A program made the translations under genes and the position numbers. A DNA stretch of 64,000 nt, taken from positions 544,001-608,000 of the forward strand of contig CBDEFO010000008.1 in NCBI GenBank assembly GCA_965237525.1, in the 5' to 3' direction. Source of the stretch: Candidatus Latescibacterota bacterium (GTDB lineage: Bacteria; Latescibacterota; CBDEFO01). The notes under the pieces are model-generated. The model made no database searches and had not been told where the DNA came from. It was given only the letters and a program-made list of their open reading frames with translations. How positions within the stretch are numbered: the stretch's first letter is position 1; every line of letters starts with the position of its first letter. This document shows, piece by piece, positions 54,048 through 64,000 of the stretch.

Positions 54048-54480
54048 CTATCTCGTTCTGCCGAAGTTTTCCAGAAAAGTTACAGAGTCGGAAAGACCAA
54101 TCTCTTCATCGTTGTCCAAATCGAATGTAGGATCCCAATTGCTTCAGCTGGTCGTTGTCCGGAACACAACCAGGAGAGGGACAGAATCGGAAAGACCTAC
54201 TTCATTTTACCTGTCAAAATCTCCTGCAAGGCCAGGGGCACTAACAGTGGTGTCAGAGAGATTTAATAACAATAGATACACTATTGCTGAACTCATTAGC
54301 CACAGCTAAGTCATTATCTCCATCTAAATCTGGACGGAATAGCCAAGGGGGACCAGTCCGTTGACATAGTACACCTCAGATGCAAATGTACCATCTCCAT
54401 TTATGAAGAATGCTGATACACTACCTCTGCCTACTTTCACCACAGCTAAGTCATTATCTCCGTCTCTGTCCAAACCAGCA
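54048..54480 (-). pseudogene. FG-GAP repeat protein remnant with a paired EF-hand/dockerin-like C-terminus
   Basis: Two DGDNDLAV repeats; GDFD..NEVGLSD and FDLDNDEEIGLSD...FLENFG, with internal stops. Confidence 0.6.
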
Positions 54481-54999
54481 AGCAAGACTGATACTGGAAT
54501 ACCCCCAACAGCATAGTCGGTTTTGGGGCCGAAAAGATCCTGTGTACAGGCAGGTGCATTCAGAGCGAGTAACAGTGCCGGGGCAACATAGAATATTATC
54601 CGTGTCGTTTTAGCCTTCCGGCTTTCTTAGCGTTACTAAATGTTTTTGGGCAAGTTCACCCTTCACATCGGGATTCTCCCCGTTCACTGTTAAAGGCTAA
54701 GTTTTGGGCTGTCCCTTACCGTGACCTTGTCTTTGGAATCATCTTCATAAAATAGATCAAGAATAATCTTCTCCTTGCGGATGGCTGCGTAATACCACAC
54801 AAACTAAAAAAGCAACTCAAAAACTCACCTGCAGCTTTGGCAGATAGAGTGGCTTTTCGGATTCTGGAAGCTCCTCCCTTCAGGATAAAGGGGAGTCCGA
54901 TAGAACGGGTATCGGTTCGGAAAGTCCAAATCTCACGCCCCGCCTTGTGTCCCTTATCCACACACTAAAGTATATGAAACAATCGGAGCAGATACAAGT

Positions 55000-55292
55000 C
55001 AATCTTGACCTGGTCTTTTGCAGCGGTTTCTGCTGTTGTTCTGCTGGAAGAAGAAAAAACACTGCGCAAGATTATGGGGGTGTTAATCTAAGTAAATCAA
55101 GAAATTATAAAAACCGTAAGAAGAGAAGAAATGTTGGGTGAATCTCTGGAACCAAGGATCGCGCATAGCCCGCCAGGGTTAAGGCGATAACTCGCAAGGA
55201 TTAAGGCCCTGTAAGTTTTTGCATTACAGGGCTTATTTGGTTTTGGAATTTCTCTGATTTCTTACAATTTAAGATATTATTGGGATACTTTT
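55000..55292 (+). repeat. Copy D of the dispersed repeat
   Basis: GGTGAATCTCTGGAACCAAGG..CGCATAGCCCGCCA; distal TTACAGGG...TTGGGATACTTTT shared with copy B. Confidence 0.55.
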
Positions 55293-55623
55293 GTCGGAGA
55301 AGAAGATGCGTTCTAGAATAGATTCAAAGCACATTGGTAAGCTGACGTCTGATCTGGACAAGCATCAGGTTGCAGCAGAACAGGGTCTCGTTAAGTATTG
55401 GGTGTCGTAACCACGGCAAGTTGGGCGTCCAGAAATTTAACTTGACCTTTGGACATCCAAGATTTATCTTTTATTATTACAAACAATTATGACTGGGCGT
55501 TCTACTTGTGACCAGAATCAAGCGACTCCCCTTGGAGGTTCGTCAGAAGTATTTTCATAACTGTTGCCCGCTTTTGCGCTCTTATTATTGCATTGAAATG
55601 AACTTTGTTGGGAAGGTTCTCAT

Positions 55624-58600
55624 ATGTCTGTTTCTGCCATAAAGGCAAAGTTAGAGGGTTCTTTAAGTTTTGATGTGCTTGCGGAAAGAATAGCATCGGA
55701 CACAAATCGGATCAAGGTCTGTGGATTGGCTGGATCTCTGGGAGGCTTTGTCCTTTCCTCTATTAAATCTACCACCCAATTTCCCCTTGTGGCCGTGACG
55801 GTTGGTGAGGAAGAGGCGGAGGAATTGAGAGATGACCTGGAGACCATCCTGGGTCAAGAAAGAGTCAGGTATTTTCCACCATGTGATGTCTTGCCTTACG
55901 AGGAAAAATCCCCAAGCTGGGACGTAACGGGGCTGAGAGTGGAGGCTTTGGATTCGCTTGTAGAAAAAGAGGACGTTGCAGTAGTAACGACTATGGAGGC
56001 CCTCTTGGGATGGACGATTCCATCTTACATATTCGGGTTGGCGGTGCAGTCTTTAAAGGTTAGATCTGAAGTGGATTTAGAGTATCTGGCGACGGTTCTG
56101 GTGGGAATTGGGTTTGAGCGTGTTCCCATTGTCGAGGGGATAGGACAGTTGAGCATCCGCGGGGGGATTTTAGACGTATATTCGTTCGGAGCCGAGAATC
56201 CGACCAGAATAGAGTTTTTTGGAGATCAGGTAGAGTCGATAAGGGAATTCGATCTCTATTCGCAAAGGTCTCTTCTCCAGAAAGATGAGGTTAGAGTCCT
56301 TCCGCGGCGCGAGGTAATTCTGCTTGAAGGACTGACAGAGGATTATTCTAAGAACATCGAAAGTTTAGAGGAAAAGGAAGGTCTATCCTTAGATCAGCTG
56401 TCAGATCAGATCAGATCTGGGATTTTAGATGATGGAGTTGAGGGATATATGCCGGTCATATACAAAGAAAGAGCAGGTATTTTGGACTACCTGGAGGAAG
56501 ACTGGCTGGTCTTTATGCAAGATCCTGATGAATTGGATGACCAGGCGGACAGGTTCTCGGCTCGCATAGACCGCGCTCTTGAGAGCCGCAAAAGGGAAGA
56601 GGGTAGGTCTCTACCAAAAGATCTATTTGCGCCTGATGTGGAATCCTTGCACCGTAAGCTTTCGGATCTGGTGGTTGTGGAGAACCTGACGTTTGACCCT
56701 GCTGCGGACGGAAAGATCGATTTTGCGGCTTCTCATATGAGGCGCTACGAGGGCGATCTGCGCTCCTTGAGGGAAGATACAGAAAAGCTGTCGCAGGAAG
56801 GTTATCTGATAGAGATCCTGTGCGACAACAAGGGTCAGGCCGAGCGTCTGGAGGAAGTGCTAGAGGATGTGGGGCATTTGATCTCTATGAGAATAGGAAA
56901 TCTGCACAGGGGATTTGTCGCTCCGCAAGCCAAGATCGCCCTTTTGAACGACCACGAGATCTTCGGGCACTACAAAAGGAGGCACAGATACCACAAGTTC
57001 AAAGAGGGGACCCCAATTTCAAACTATACAGCCCTCCAACGGGGCGACTTTGTCGTTCACGTGGATTACGGCATCGGGCAATACCAGAAAGCGGAAAGAT
57101 TATGTGTAGATCATGTGCAGAAGGACTTCCTATTGATCCTGTATCGGGACAGAGATAAGCTGTATGTACCGATCGACCAGTTGGACCGGGTTCAGAACTA
57201 TTCGGTCGAAGAAAGTGTTCCTCCAGCCTTAAGCAAATTAGGGGGATCGGCGTGGGAAAAGATGAAGCAAAAGACAAAAAGGGCGATCTATATGATGGCC
57301 AAGGATCTCGTCGAGCTACAGGCGTTAAGGAGGGTAAAGACGGGCTTTGCATTTCCAGAAGATTCCCTATGGCAAAAGGAGCTTGAGGCATCGTTTATGT
57401 ACCAGGAGACTCCGGATCAGCTTTTAGCTGTAGAGCATGTGAAGGCTGATCTTGAGAAAAATATGCCGACCGATCGCCTGGTCTGCGGAGACGTGGGTTA
57501 CGGAAAGACCGAGGTGGCTATGCGAGCCGCCTTCAAGGTCGTCTGCGATCACAAACAGGTGGCAGTACTGGTTCCGACTACTATTCTGGCTCAACAGCAC
57601 CATAGGACCTTTACTGAAAGACTCGAAAACTTTCCCCTGAAGGTGGAGGTCTTGAGCCGTTTTAAGACAAAAAAGGAACAAAAAAGAATAGTCGAGGGCG
57701 TAAGGAACGGGCAAGTGGATATAGTCATAGGGACACATCGCCTTTTATCTAAGGACATGCAGTTTAAGGATTTAGGACTGGTGATAATAGATGAAGAGCA
57801 CAGATTCGGAGTAAAGAGCAAGGAGGAACTCAAGCGTTTCAGAAGGATGGTAGATGTGCTATCGTTGACAGCGACGCCTATACCGAGGACCTTGCACATG
57901 TCCCTTATGGGAGTGCGTGACCTCTCTGTGATCAACACTCCTCCTAAAGGGAGGATGCCGATATACAGCGAGATCGTCCCGTTCGATGAGGAAAGAATTG
58001 CTGAGGCGATCCTGAGAGAGATACACAGAAATGGACAGGTCTATTTCGTACACAATCGAGTTCAGTCCATAGATTCTATAGTGGTGTTTTTGAGGGAACT
58101 TCTGCCGCAGGTACGCTTTGCTGTGGCGCACGGCCAGATGCCGGAGCGGGAGCTTGAAAAGACCATGGTGGAGTTCTTGGATAAGAAATATGACTGTTTA
58201 GTGTCTACAATGATAATCGAATCTGGTCTGGACATCCCAAACGTAAACACTATCATAATCAACAGGGCAGATCGCTTCGGCCTTGCCCAACTCTATCAGT
58301 TGAAAGGGAGGGTGGGTAGATCGAACCAGAAGGCTTACGCTTACCTGGTAGTTCCTCCCAAAAGAACCTTGAATATCGACGCAAAGAGGAGGCTAAGAGC
58401 TATACAGGAATTCCAAGATCTGGGTTCTGGATTTAACATAGCAATGAGAGACCTTGAGATAAGGGGCGGTGGAAATATACTGGGCCCCCAGCAGCACGGA
58501 TTCATAGCGGCTGTGGGATTCGACCTGTACTGTCGGCTTTTAGACGAGGCGATAAGAGAACTCAAGGGAGAGGAAGGCGACGAGACACCCGATCCTCATG

Positions 58601-59028
58601 TAGAGATAATGGCCTCGGCATACATCCCTCAGGAGTATATTCCGGACGTAGATCAGAAGGTGATAATATACAAGCGCTTGGCTGAAACTACAAGGTCCGT
58701 CGAGATACTGGCAATTGAGGAGGAGTTGAAGGATCGCTACGGAAATCTTCCCGATCCAGTGCTGTCTCTTTTGGACACGATACATCTTAAGATCCTGGCA
58801 AAGCAGTTGGGATTGGAGACGATCACGATGTCGGCATCAAGGCTCAGGTTAGTCTTTCCGAAAGAGCGAAAACTTTCCCAAAAAGATGTGGAACTATTTG
58901 TGAAGCATTCTCCTGTCCCCCTGGAATTTTCGCTATCTGAGCAGGTAGCCATAGATGCCCGTCTGGAGGGTGAAGACGAGCGCGAATGGCTCCAATGCTC
59001 AAAAAACATCTTGCAACAAATCATTTGA
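55624..59028 (+). CDS. mfd: Transcription-repair coupling factor
   Basis: UvrB-like N-terminus, GDFVVHVDYGIG, GDVGYGKT, DEEH, TATPIPRT, QLKGRVGR, TRCF C-terminus. Confidence 0.97.
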   Translation: MSVSAIKAKLEGSLSFDVLAERIASDTNRIKVCGLAGSLGGFVLSSIKSTTQFPLVAVTVGEEEAEELRDDLETILGQERVRYFPPCDVLPYEEKSPSWDVTGLRVEALDSLVEKEDVAVVTTMEALLGWTIPSYIFGLAVQSLKVRSEVDLEYLATVLVGIGFERVPIVEGIGQLSIRGGILDVYSFGAENPTRIEFFGDQVESIREFDLYSQRSLLQKDEVRVLPRREVILLEGLTEDYSKNIESLEEKEGLSLDQLSDQIRSGILDDGVEGYMPVIYKERAGILDYLEEDWLVFMQDPDELDDQADRFSARIDRALESRKREEGRSLPKDLFAPDVESLHRKLSDLVVVENLTFDPAADGKIDFAASHMRRYEGDLRSLREDTEKLSQEGYLIEILCDNKGQAERLEEVLEDVGHLISMRIGNLHRGFVAPQAKIALLNDHEIFGHYKRRHRYHKFKEGTPISNYTALQRGDFVVHVDYGIGQYQKAERLCVDHVQKDFLLILYRDRDKLYVPIDQLDRVQNYSVEESVPPALSKLGGSAWEKMKQKTKRAIYMMAKDLVELQALRRVKTGFAFPEDSLWQKELEASFMYQETPDQLLAVEHVKADLEKNMPTDRLVCGDVGYGKTEVAMRAAFKVVCDHKQVAVLVPTTILAQQHHRTFTERLENFPLKVEVLSRFKTKKEQKRIVEGVRNGQVDIVIGTHRLLSKDMQFKDLGLVIIDEEHRFGVKSKEELKRFRRMVDVLSLTATPIPRTLHMSLMGVRDLSVINTPPKGRMPIYSEIVPFDEERIAEAILREIHRNGQVYFVHNRVQSIDSIVVFLRELLPQVRFAVAHGQMPERELEKTMVEFLDKKYDCLVSTMIIESGLDIPNVNTIIINRADRFGLAQLYQLKGRVGRSNQKAYAYLVVPPKRTLNIDAKRRLRAIQEFQDLGSGFNIAMRDLEIRGGGNILGPQQHGFIAAVGFDLYCRLLDEAIRELKGEEGDETPDPHVEIMASAYIPQEYIPDVDQKVIIYKRLAETTRSVEILAIEEELKDRYGNLPDPVLSLLDTIHLKILAKQLGLETITMSASRLRLVFPKERKLSQKDVELFVKHSPVPLEFSLSEQVAIDARLEGEDEREWLQCSKNILQQII

Positions 59029-59253
59029 TTAATTATATTCAAGGGGCTACTTTAAAAATAGTAAACAGCAAACATTAGACAGTAGGCAGGGGCACCGCCC
59101 CCCATCCCTTTATGCTGTTTTTCAAGGGCTTAGGCAGGGTTGCCCTGTATGCTGTCTAACTAGACAGAATGTCTGTTCTACTGTCTGCTTGTTTTTATGG
59201 GGGTAAGGTTATTCATCACTATCATTTAACAAGGATTGCTCTTATTGCCTTAG

Positions 59254-60772
59254 AAGCCTTGTGAAATAGTTATGTCCCAGGCAGCGTCTGAAGCGCCGAT
59301 TATGGGTCAAAGAGTAGCATATCGTATCGTTTTGCTGTGGAATAAGCAAAATAGTCTTATCAGAGTTCTGGTCAGCAAGGAACAGGAGCTGTTTGAAGAA
59401 CAGGATGCACTGTCTTTGACAGACAGGGCACACATAGACGCTTTCCCCCTTCTTATGAAAGATACAAGCCTCTTGAGATTCTGTACTGTTGCAACAAGAT
59501 TCAACTGTTCATTCAGTGAGGCTGGTCCTCTGTAACGGGCTCGTCCCATACCGTGTTGTTGCCTGGCTTCAGCAAAGATATGTTCACTGCGTTTACGGAG
59601 TCTCCGGGAGAGTTTGTAGTCAGCTGTTAATGAGATAGACCGTGCATGATTTCTGGCTTTCGCCTCTCGCACTTTTCTATCCCGTTCGGCCTGAATATGT
59701 GCTGGATTTGTCTTGTTTTTCCATGTAGGAATCGGTTCAATCTTCTCATCGGCTCGCAGAGGAATATGGGGTATGATTCCCCGGTCAAGTACATCAGCGA
59801 TAAAATTACCAGAACCGTAACCGGTATCGGCACTAAGTGTCTGAATGTCTTTGGGCATGGTGTATGTTTCAAGGTCATCTACCATCTTAAGGGCACTTTC
59901 GGGCTCTGCTGTCCCTGTCGCCTGCGTGCCCTGAGTCTCAAGGATTACTCTGCTTTTTGTGTCGATCAGATCATGGCCCATAAACGAGAGAAAAGCCCCT
60001 TTGCCCTTCGATTTGCTGTATAAGCGCGCGTCGGGGTCTGTAGTCGAACGGTGTGTTTGGTTCGTCCACTTTTCACCATGAAAGTCTTTATCCTGAGGAT
60101 GCCCGGACCTACCCTTTGTCTTATCACCTTCAAAACCGATTCCCTTGAGATAATCATCAAGAGAAACAGGGGGTTCTATCGGCTCAATACTTTTCACTGA
60201 AGCATCAGCTTGTATCTGAGTGCCGTCGACACTAAGGTGTTTACCGCTCACAAGACCGACATCTATGCAACACTGGACTACCTGACGCATTATCCGTTCA
60301 AACAACCCACTGGATGCCCACTTGTGATTGCGAAGCTTGTTGATCGTGCTCCTATCCGGAACCGCATCATCAAATGTCTGATGACAAAACAACCGATATG
60401 CCGCATGCATCCCCACTTCCTGACAGAGCCGATTCTCACTCAAATTATACAGATAGCCAATAAGGATCATTCGAACAACTAATTCAGGATCAATACCGGG
60501 TCTGCCATTGTCAGGGCAATAACAATCTGATACAACGTCTCGTACAAATGAAAAATCAACTGCCTCATCAATCTGACGAAGGATATGATCCTCGGGAACT
60601 AAATCCTCCATCTGAAAATAGTGAAACATCGGATTTGTCTGTTCCTGCTTTTGTGGGGTCATTGTTTCCTCCATGTATAATATTATCAATAACATAATAT
60701 AATACATCGGAACTGCTTTATCAATGCTTGTTCTATACTACTTTCTGAATCTAAGCGTTTTTCACAAGGCTT
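59254..60772 (-). mobile_element. IS1182-family IS (intact copy) with TTAG target duplication
   Basis: Same IRs and 1519-bp length as 31716-33234. Confidence 0.92.
59307..60662 (-). CDS. IS1182 transposase
   Basis: GRPGIDP, VDGTQIQADAS, STTDPDA, ADTGY, EHIF. Confidence 0.9.
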   Translation of the reverse strand: MTPQKQEQTNPMFHYFQMEDLVPEDHILRQIDEAVDFSFVRDVVSDCYCPDNGRPGIDPELVVRMILIGYLYNLSENRLCQEVGMHAAYRLFCHQTFDDAVPDRSTINKLRNHKWASSGLFERIMRQVVQCCIDVGLVSGKHLSVDGTQIQADASVKSIEPIEPPVSLDDYLKGIGFEGDKTKGRSGHPQDKDFHGEKWTNQTHRSTTDPDARLYSKSKGKGAFLSFMGHDLIDTKSRVILETQGTQATGTAEPESALKMVDDLETYTMPKDIQTLSADTGYGSGNFIADVLDRGIIPHIPLRADEKIEPIPTWKNKTNPAHIQAERDRKVREAKARNHARSISLTADYKLSRRLRKRSEHIFAEARQQHGMGRARYRGPASLNEQLNLVATVQNLKRLVSFIRRGKASMCALSVKDSASCSSNSSCSLLTRTLIRLFCLFHSKTIRYATL

Positions 60773-60778
60773 TTAGGC

Positions 60779-61615
60779 TTGTTCATATTTGCAGGATGCG
60801 GCAAAAAAGAGAAGACCGATACTGCTGTGGCCCGGGCCGGAAACGCGGTTTTGACTCTGGATGCACTAAAGGAGAAGCTACCGCCTCAATTAGACGACAG
60901 TTTATCCGTAGAGGACAAGATTAATCTGGTCGTAAGGTGGGTTGATGAGGAGTTGTTGTACCAGGAGGCCCTGCGCCGGGGCATAGATAACGAGGAAAAG
61001 ATCAAAGACCTCTTGGAAAGGTCAAAAAAAGGGATATTGGTAGCTCAACTTCTGGACAGAGAGTTCGAGAAAATCTCCGAAGTAGCTGATAAGGACATGC
61101 AAGTCTACTACGAGGCTAACAAAGAGGACTTTACGAGAACTAATCTTGAAATAAGGGCGCAGCACATTCTCGTAGAGGATAAAACCGAAGCGGCAAGGGT
61201 GCGCAAAGGATTGCTCACAGGAGAAAGGTTCGCAGCCGTCGCCCGTGAGGAGTCCCTGGATTCATCAGCCCTCGACGTCGGTGATCTGGGCTATTTTTCA
61301 AAGCGTGAAGCCGACCCTCAACTGTGGGACGCCTGTTTGAAACTTAAGGTGAATGTGATCTTCCGTCCGATTCAAACCGATATGGGCTACCACATAACAC
61401 AGGTGATAGACAAAAAAGATGAAGGTACAATAAGGGATATAGAGCAGGTCAGATCACAAATAGCAAATAAAATACGCTCCCAAAGACATGGCGCAAGACT
61501 CAGGGCTCTAATAGAGAATTTGCGGCAAAAAACAAAATACAGTATAGAAAAAGATCTTTTGACTAAGACAGATGGAAATCTCGATTCTACCCCAGAGGTA
61601 ATAAGCATAGAGTAA
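60779..61615 (+). CDS. PpiC/PrsA-type peptidyl-prolyl isomerase lipoprotein; signal peptide cut by IS1182
   Basis: FAGC lipobox, IRAQHILV, GDLGYF, GYHI. Confidence 0.8.
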   Translation: MFIFAGCGKKEKTDTAVARAGNAVLTLDALKEKLPPQLDDSLSVEDKINLVVRWVDEELLYQEALRRGIDNEEKIKDLLERSKKGILVAQLLDREFEKISEVADKDMQVYYEANKEDFTRTNLEIRAQHILVEDKTEAARVRKGLLTGERFAAVAREESLDSSALDVGDLGYFSKREADPQLWDACLKLKVNVIFRPIQTDMGYHITQVIDKKDEGTIRDIEQVRSQIANKIRSQRHGARLRALIENLRQKTKYSIEKDLLTKTDGNLDSTPEVISIE

Positions 61616-61642
61616 CAATGTTCAAGGGGTTCCCAAAAGTAT

Positions 61643-61663
61643 CCCCGATAGAATCAATCGGGG
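61643..61663. repeat. 21-bp palindrome
   Basis: CCCCGATAGAATCAATCGGGG in the intergenic gap. Confidence 0.8.
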
Positions 61664-61687
61664 CAGAACTTTTCGGAAAAACTGAAA

Positions 61688-62971
61688 ATGGCATTAAAGG
61701 ACACCGCTAAAACCTTCCCTTTAGTTTTACTGCTGTTGACTTGGACATCCGCATTCGGTCAGGTTCTATCGGACAAGATAGTGGCTGTAGTCGAGGATGA
61801 GATCATCTTGTTGTCAGATTTGGAGGACGCAGTGCAACTCCAACTGGTTATATCAGAATCAAGAGAGTATATAGACGAAGAAGAGCTCAAAAAGATGTAT
61901 AAGGATATGCTGGAGGTCTTGGTAAACCAGAAGATAATCGTAGCCAAAGCCCAAAGGGACACTATAGTTCTGGACAGCGAAGAGGTCGCGGAGACCGTAG
62001 AGGCGGAATTTGAAAGCAGAGGTAGGAATATGACCGCCGAACAGTTCAAGGAGGCTTTGGCCCAGGAGAATATGACAGAAAGGGATTTCAGGGATAAGAT
62101 CGAAAAGTTGGTAGTTGACGCCAAACTGAGAGATGAAGTGATGTACAGACTATCTGCAAACGCATCGGTATCTCGCAAGGAGATACAGGAGTTCAAAGAG
62201 ACGTACAAAGATAGTCTGCCCGATAACATCAGCATAAGTCACATCCTTATAAGGCCGGGACGTTCATTAGAGGAAAAGAAAAAGATACGCCAAAGAGCTG
62301 AGGAGATCTTGGAGAGAGCCAGAATGGACGAGGATTTTGAGGAATTAGCCAAAAAGTACTCTGAAGATCCGGGATCGTCCCGAAGAGGCGGAGATTTGGG
62401 GTTCTTCGAGAGAGGAAAGATGATTAAAGAGTTCGAGGACGCCGCGTTTGCACTTAGCCCGGGGGAGATAAGCGATATTGTTGAGACTCAAGTAGGCTAT
62501 CATATCGTAAAGTTAGAAGAAAAAGACAAAGACAAGATAAGGGCAAGGCATATCCTGTTTTTGACTCAGGTGACACAAGAAGACAACAAGAAAGCGTTAG
62601 AGCATATGAAGGAGATCCGCAAGAGGGCATTCGATGGCGAAGATTTTGGGGAACTGGCGATGCGGTTTTCAGATGACCACGAGAACGCCGATGAAAGAGG
62701 CTTCTTAGGATATTTCCCAACCAGAGGAGATAGTCCATCACCTGCCTTCAAGGCGGCGATAAGGAAAATGAGGTTAGGAGAGATCAGCCCTCCTGTGATG
62801 ACCGAACTTGGATTTCACATCATAAAACTCAACGATGAAGACGATTTTATATCATACTCAGTTAGGCTCAAGAAGATAGAAAAGGCATACGAGGAGATGT
62901 TAGAGCGGGAGCGGGAGCGACTCTACATAGACATACGTCTCAATGAGGACGATATTTCTCTTCTGCAATAG
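61688..62971 (+). CDS. surA: SurA-like chaperone with two parvulin domains
   Basis: DKIVAVVEDEIILLSD; SHILI...FEELAKKYSEDP..GGDLGF; second ARHIL...GFHII domain. Confidence 0.8.
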   Translation: MALKDTAKTFPLVLLLLTWTSAFGQVLSDKIVAVVEDEIILLSDLEDAVQLQLVISESREYIDEEELKKMYKDMLEVLVNQKIIVAKAQRDTIVLDSEEVAETVEAEFESRGRNMTAEQFKEALAQENMTERDFRDKIEKLVVDAKLRDEVMYRLSANASVSRKEIQEFKETYKDSLPDNISISHILIRPGRSLEEKKKIRQRAEEILERARMDEDFEELAKKYSEDPGSSRRGGDLGFFERGKMIKEFEDAAFALSPGEISDIVETQVGYHIVKLEEKDKDKIRARHILFLTQVTQEDNKKALEHMKEIRKRAFDGEDFGELAMRFSDDHENADERGFLGYFPTRGDSPSPAFKAAIRKMRLGEISPPVMTELGFHIIKLNDEDDFISYSVRLKKIEKAYEEMLERERERLYIDIRLNEDDISLLQ

Positions 62972-62982
62972 AGGTCGATTGT

Positions 62983-63264
62983 ATGAGGGCAGATCTCTTT
63001 TTGAAGAAATGCTCTATAGTAAAAAGGCGATCCCAGGCCAAGGCTATATGCCAAAGAGGCAAGGTTCTCATAGACGGCAACAGTATCAAACCAGCAAACC
63101 AGATAACGCCCGGTCAGCTTATGACGATCTGCCTTCCGAAGAGGTTTATGGAGATTGAGATCCTGGATATACCCAAATCCAACGTCACCAGAAAGGCTGC
63201 AGGGGATTTCTACCGTGTGATAAGGGATGAAAAAAGAAATGAAGGTGTTGATATGGAAGGATAG
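62983..63264 (+). CDS. RNA-binding S4 domain protein (Hsp15/YabO-like)
   Basis: MRADLFLK...VKRRSQAK..C..GKV. Confidence 0.85.
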   Translation: MRADLFLKKCSIVKRRSQAKAICQRGKVLIDGNSIKPANQITPGQLMTICLPKRFMEIEILDIPKSNVTRKAAGDFYRVIRDEKRNEGVDMEG

Positions 63265-63270
63265 ATCAGC

Positions 63271-64000
63271 GTGAGCATCAAATCCAGAAAAAAGGTAGAT
63301 TGCGAACCTTACAGCCGATTAGCCGAAATATACGACTTTGTGATGAGCCACCTTGATTACAAAAGATGGACAGATTACATAGAATCGGTCTTTTCACACT
63401 TTGATCTTAATCCTTCAGATATTCTGGACGTTGCGTGTGGCACAGGGACTATGGCTCTGGAGCTCCACAGCAGGGGTTACAACACATCAGGCATAGATGA
63501 ATCTTGGTCTATGGTCGAGGTGGCAAGGGTAAAATCTCAAAAGGCAGGAGTGCAAATCGATCTGTCCTGCGGTGATATTCGGGACCTTAAGAAATGCCGC
63601 TCTTTTGAGGCGGTGCTGTGCCTGTACGACAGTTTGAACTATCTGATGGAGATAGAAGAGGTCAAAAAGGCCCTGAAGAGCATCAGACAAATTTTGGATC
63701 CGGCCGGGATATTCATATTCGACATCTGCATGGAGAGAAATTCGCTTCTGTATTTTAGAGACTACACCAGTAAGGGAAAAGGCGATGGTTTTTCGTACAG
63801 CAGACACAGCTTCTATGACCCAGAGACGAAGATACAGAACAATCACTTCAAGATAGGCTTCGACAGATCGGATGAAACGTTTGTAGAGATGCACAGGCAG
63901 AGGATATACAGCAAAGACGAAATAGAGAAGGCCGTGCGGGAGTCGGAATTCGACATTTTGGGTATCTTCGACGATTTCAGCCTCAGACCCGCCTCAAAGA
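63271..64000 (+). CDS. Class I SAM-dependent methyltransferase (runs off the window)
   Basis: Open frame from GTG 63271: LAEIYD...ILDVACGTG...YDSLNYL...PAGIFIFD. Confidence 0.85.
   Translation, partial: MSIKSRKKVDCEPYSRLAEIYDFVMSHLDYKRWTDYIESVFSHFDLNPSDILDVACGTGTMALELHSRGYNTSGIDESWSMVEVARVKSQKAGVQIDLSCGDIRDLKKCRSFEAVLCLYDSLNYLMEIEEVKKALKSIRQILDPAGIFIFDICMERNSLLYFRDYTSKGKGDGFSYSRHSFYDPETKIQNNHFKIGFDRSDETFVEMHRQRIYSKDEIEKAVRESEFDILGIFDDFSLRPASK

Overview
Bacterial chromosomal window, probably from an uncultured FCB-group organism (Latescibacterota-like). This is an inference from a paired EF-hand/dockerin-like C-terminal remnant and the mfd-ppiC-surA gene order. About 55 kb is a heavily rearranged accessory region. 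It holds carbohydrate-active and small-molecule enzymes (BNR/sialidase-like paralogs, two GH127-like, GH32, DUF4838, SDRs, PhyH, aldolases), secreted TPR paralogs, tRNA-Val(TAC), an HD-phosphohydrolase/YwgA-like pair, many gene fragments, five delimited IS elements (2 IS3, 2 IS1182, 1 IS1595) and one IS481-like relic. The last 8.4 kb is housekeeping (mfd, two PPIases, an S4 protein, a methyltransferase). Three non-coding features stand out: (1) a tandem array of ~280-380 bp, highly base-paired units at 1-845 ending in a terminator and cut by the window edge; (2) a 21-bp palindrome that nests in itself and disrupts an IS3 transposase; (3) four degenerate copies of a ~150-300 bp element, three of which carry a tRNA-like 3' half. 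All product calls come from motif recognition by eye; no database searches were run.
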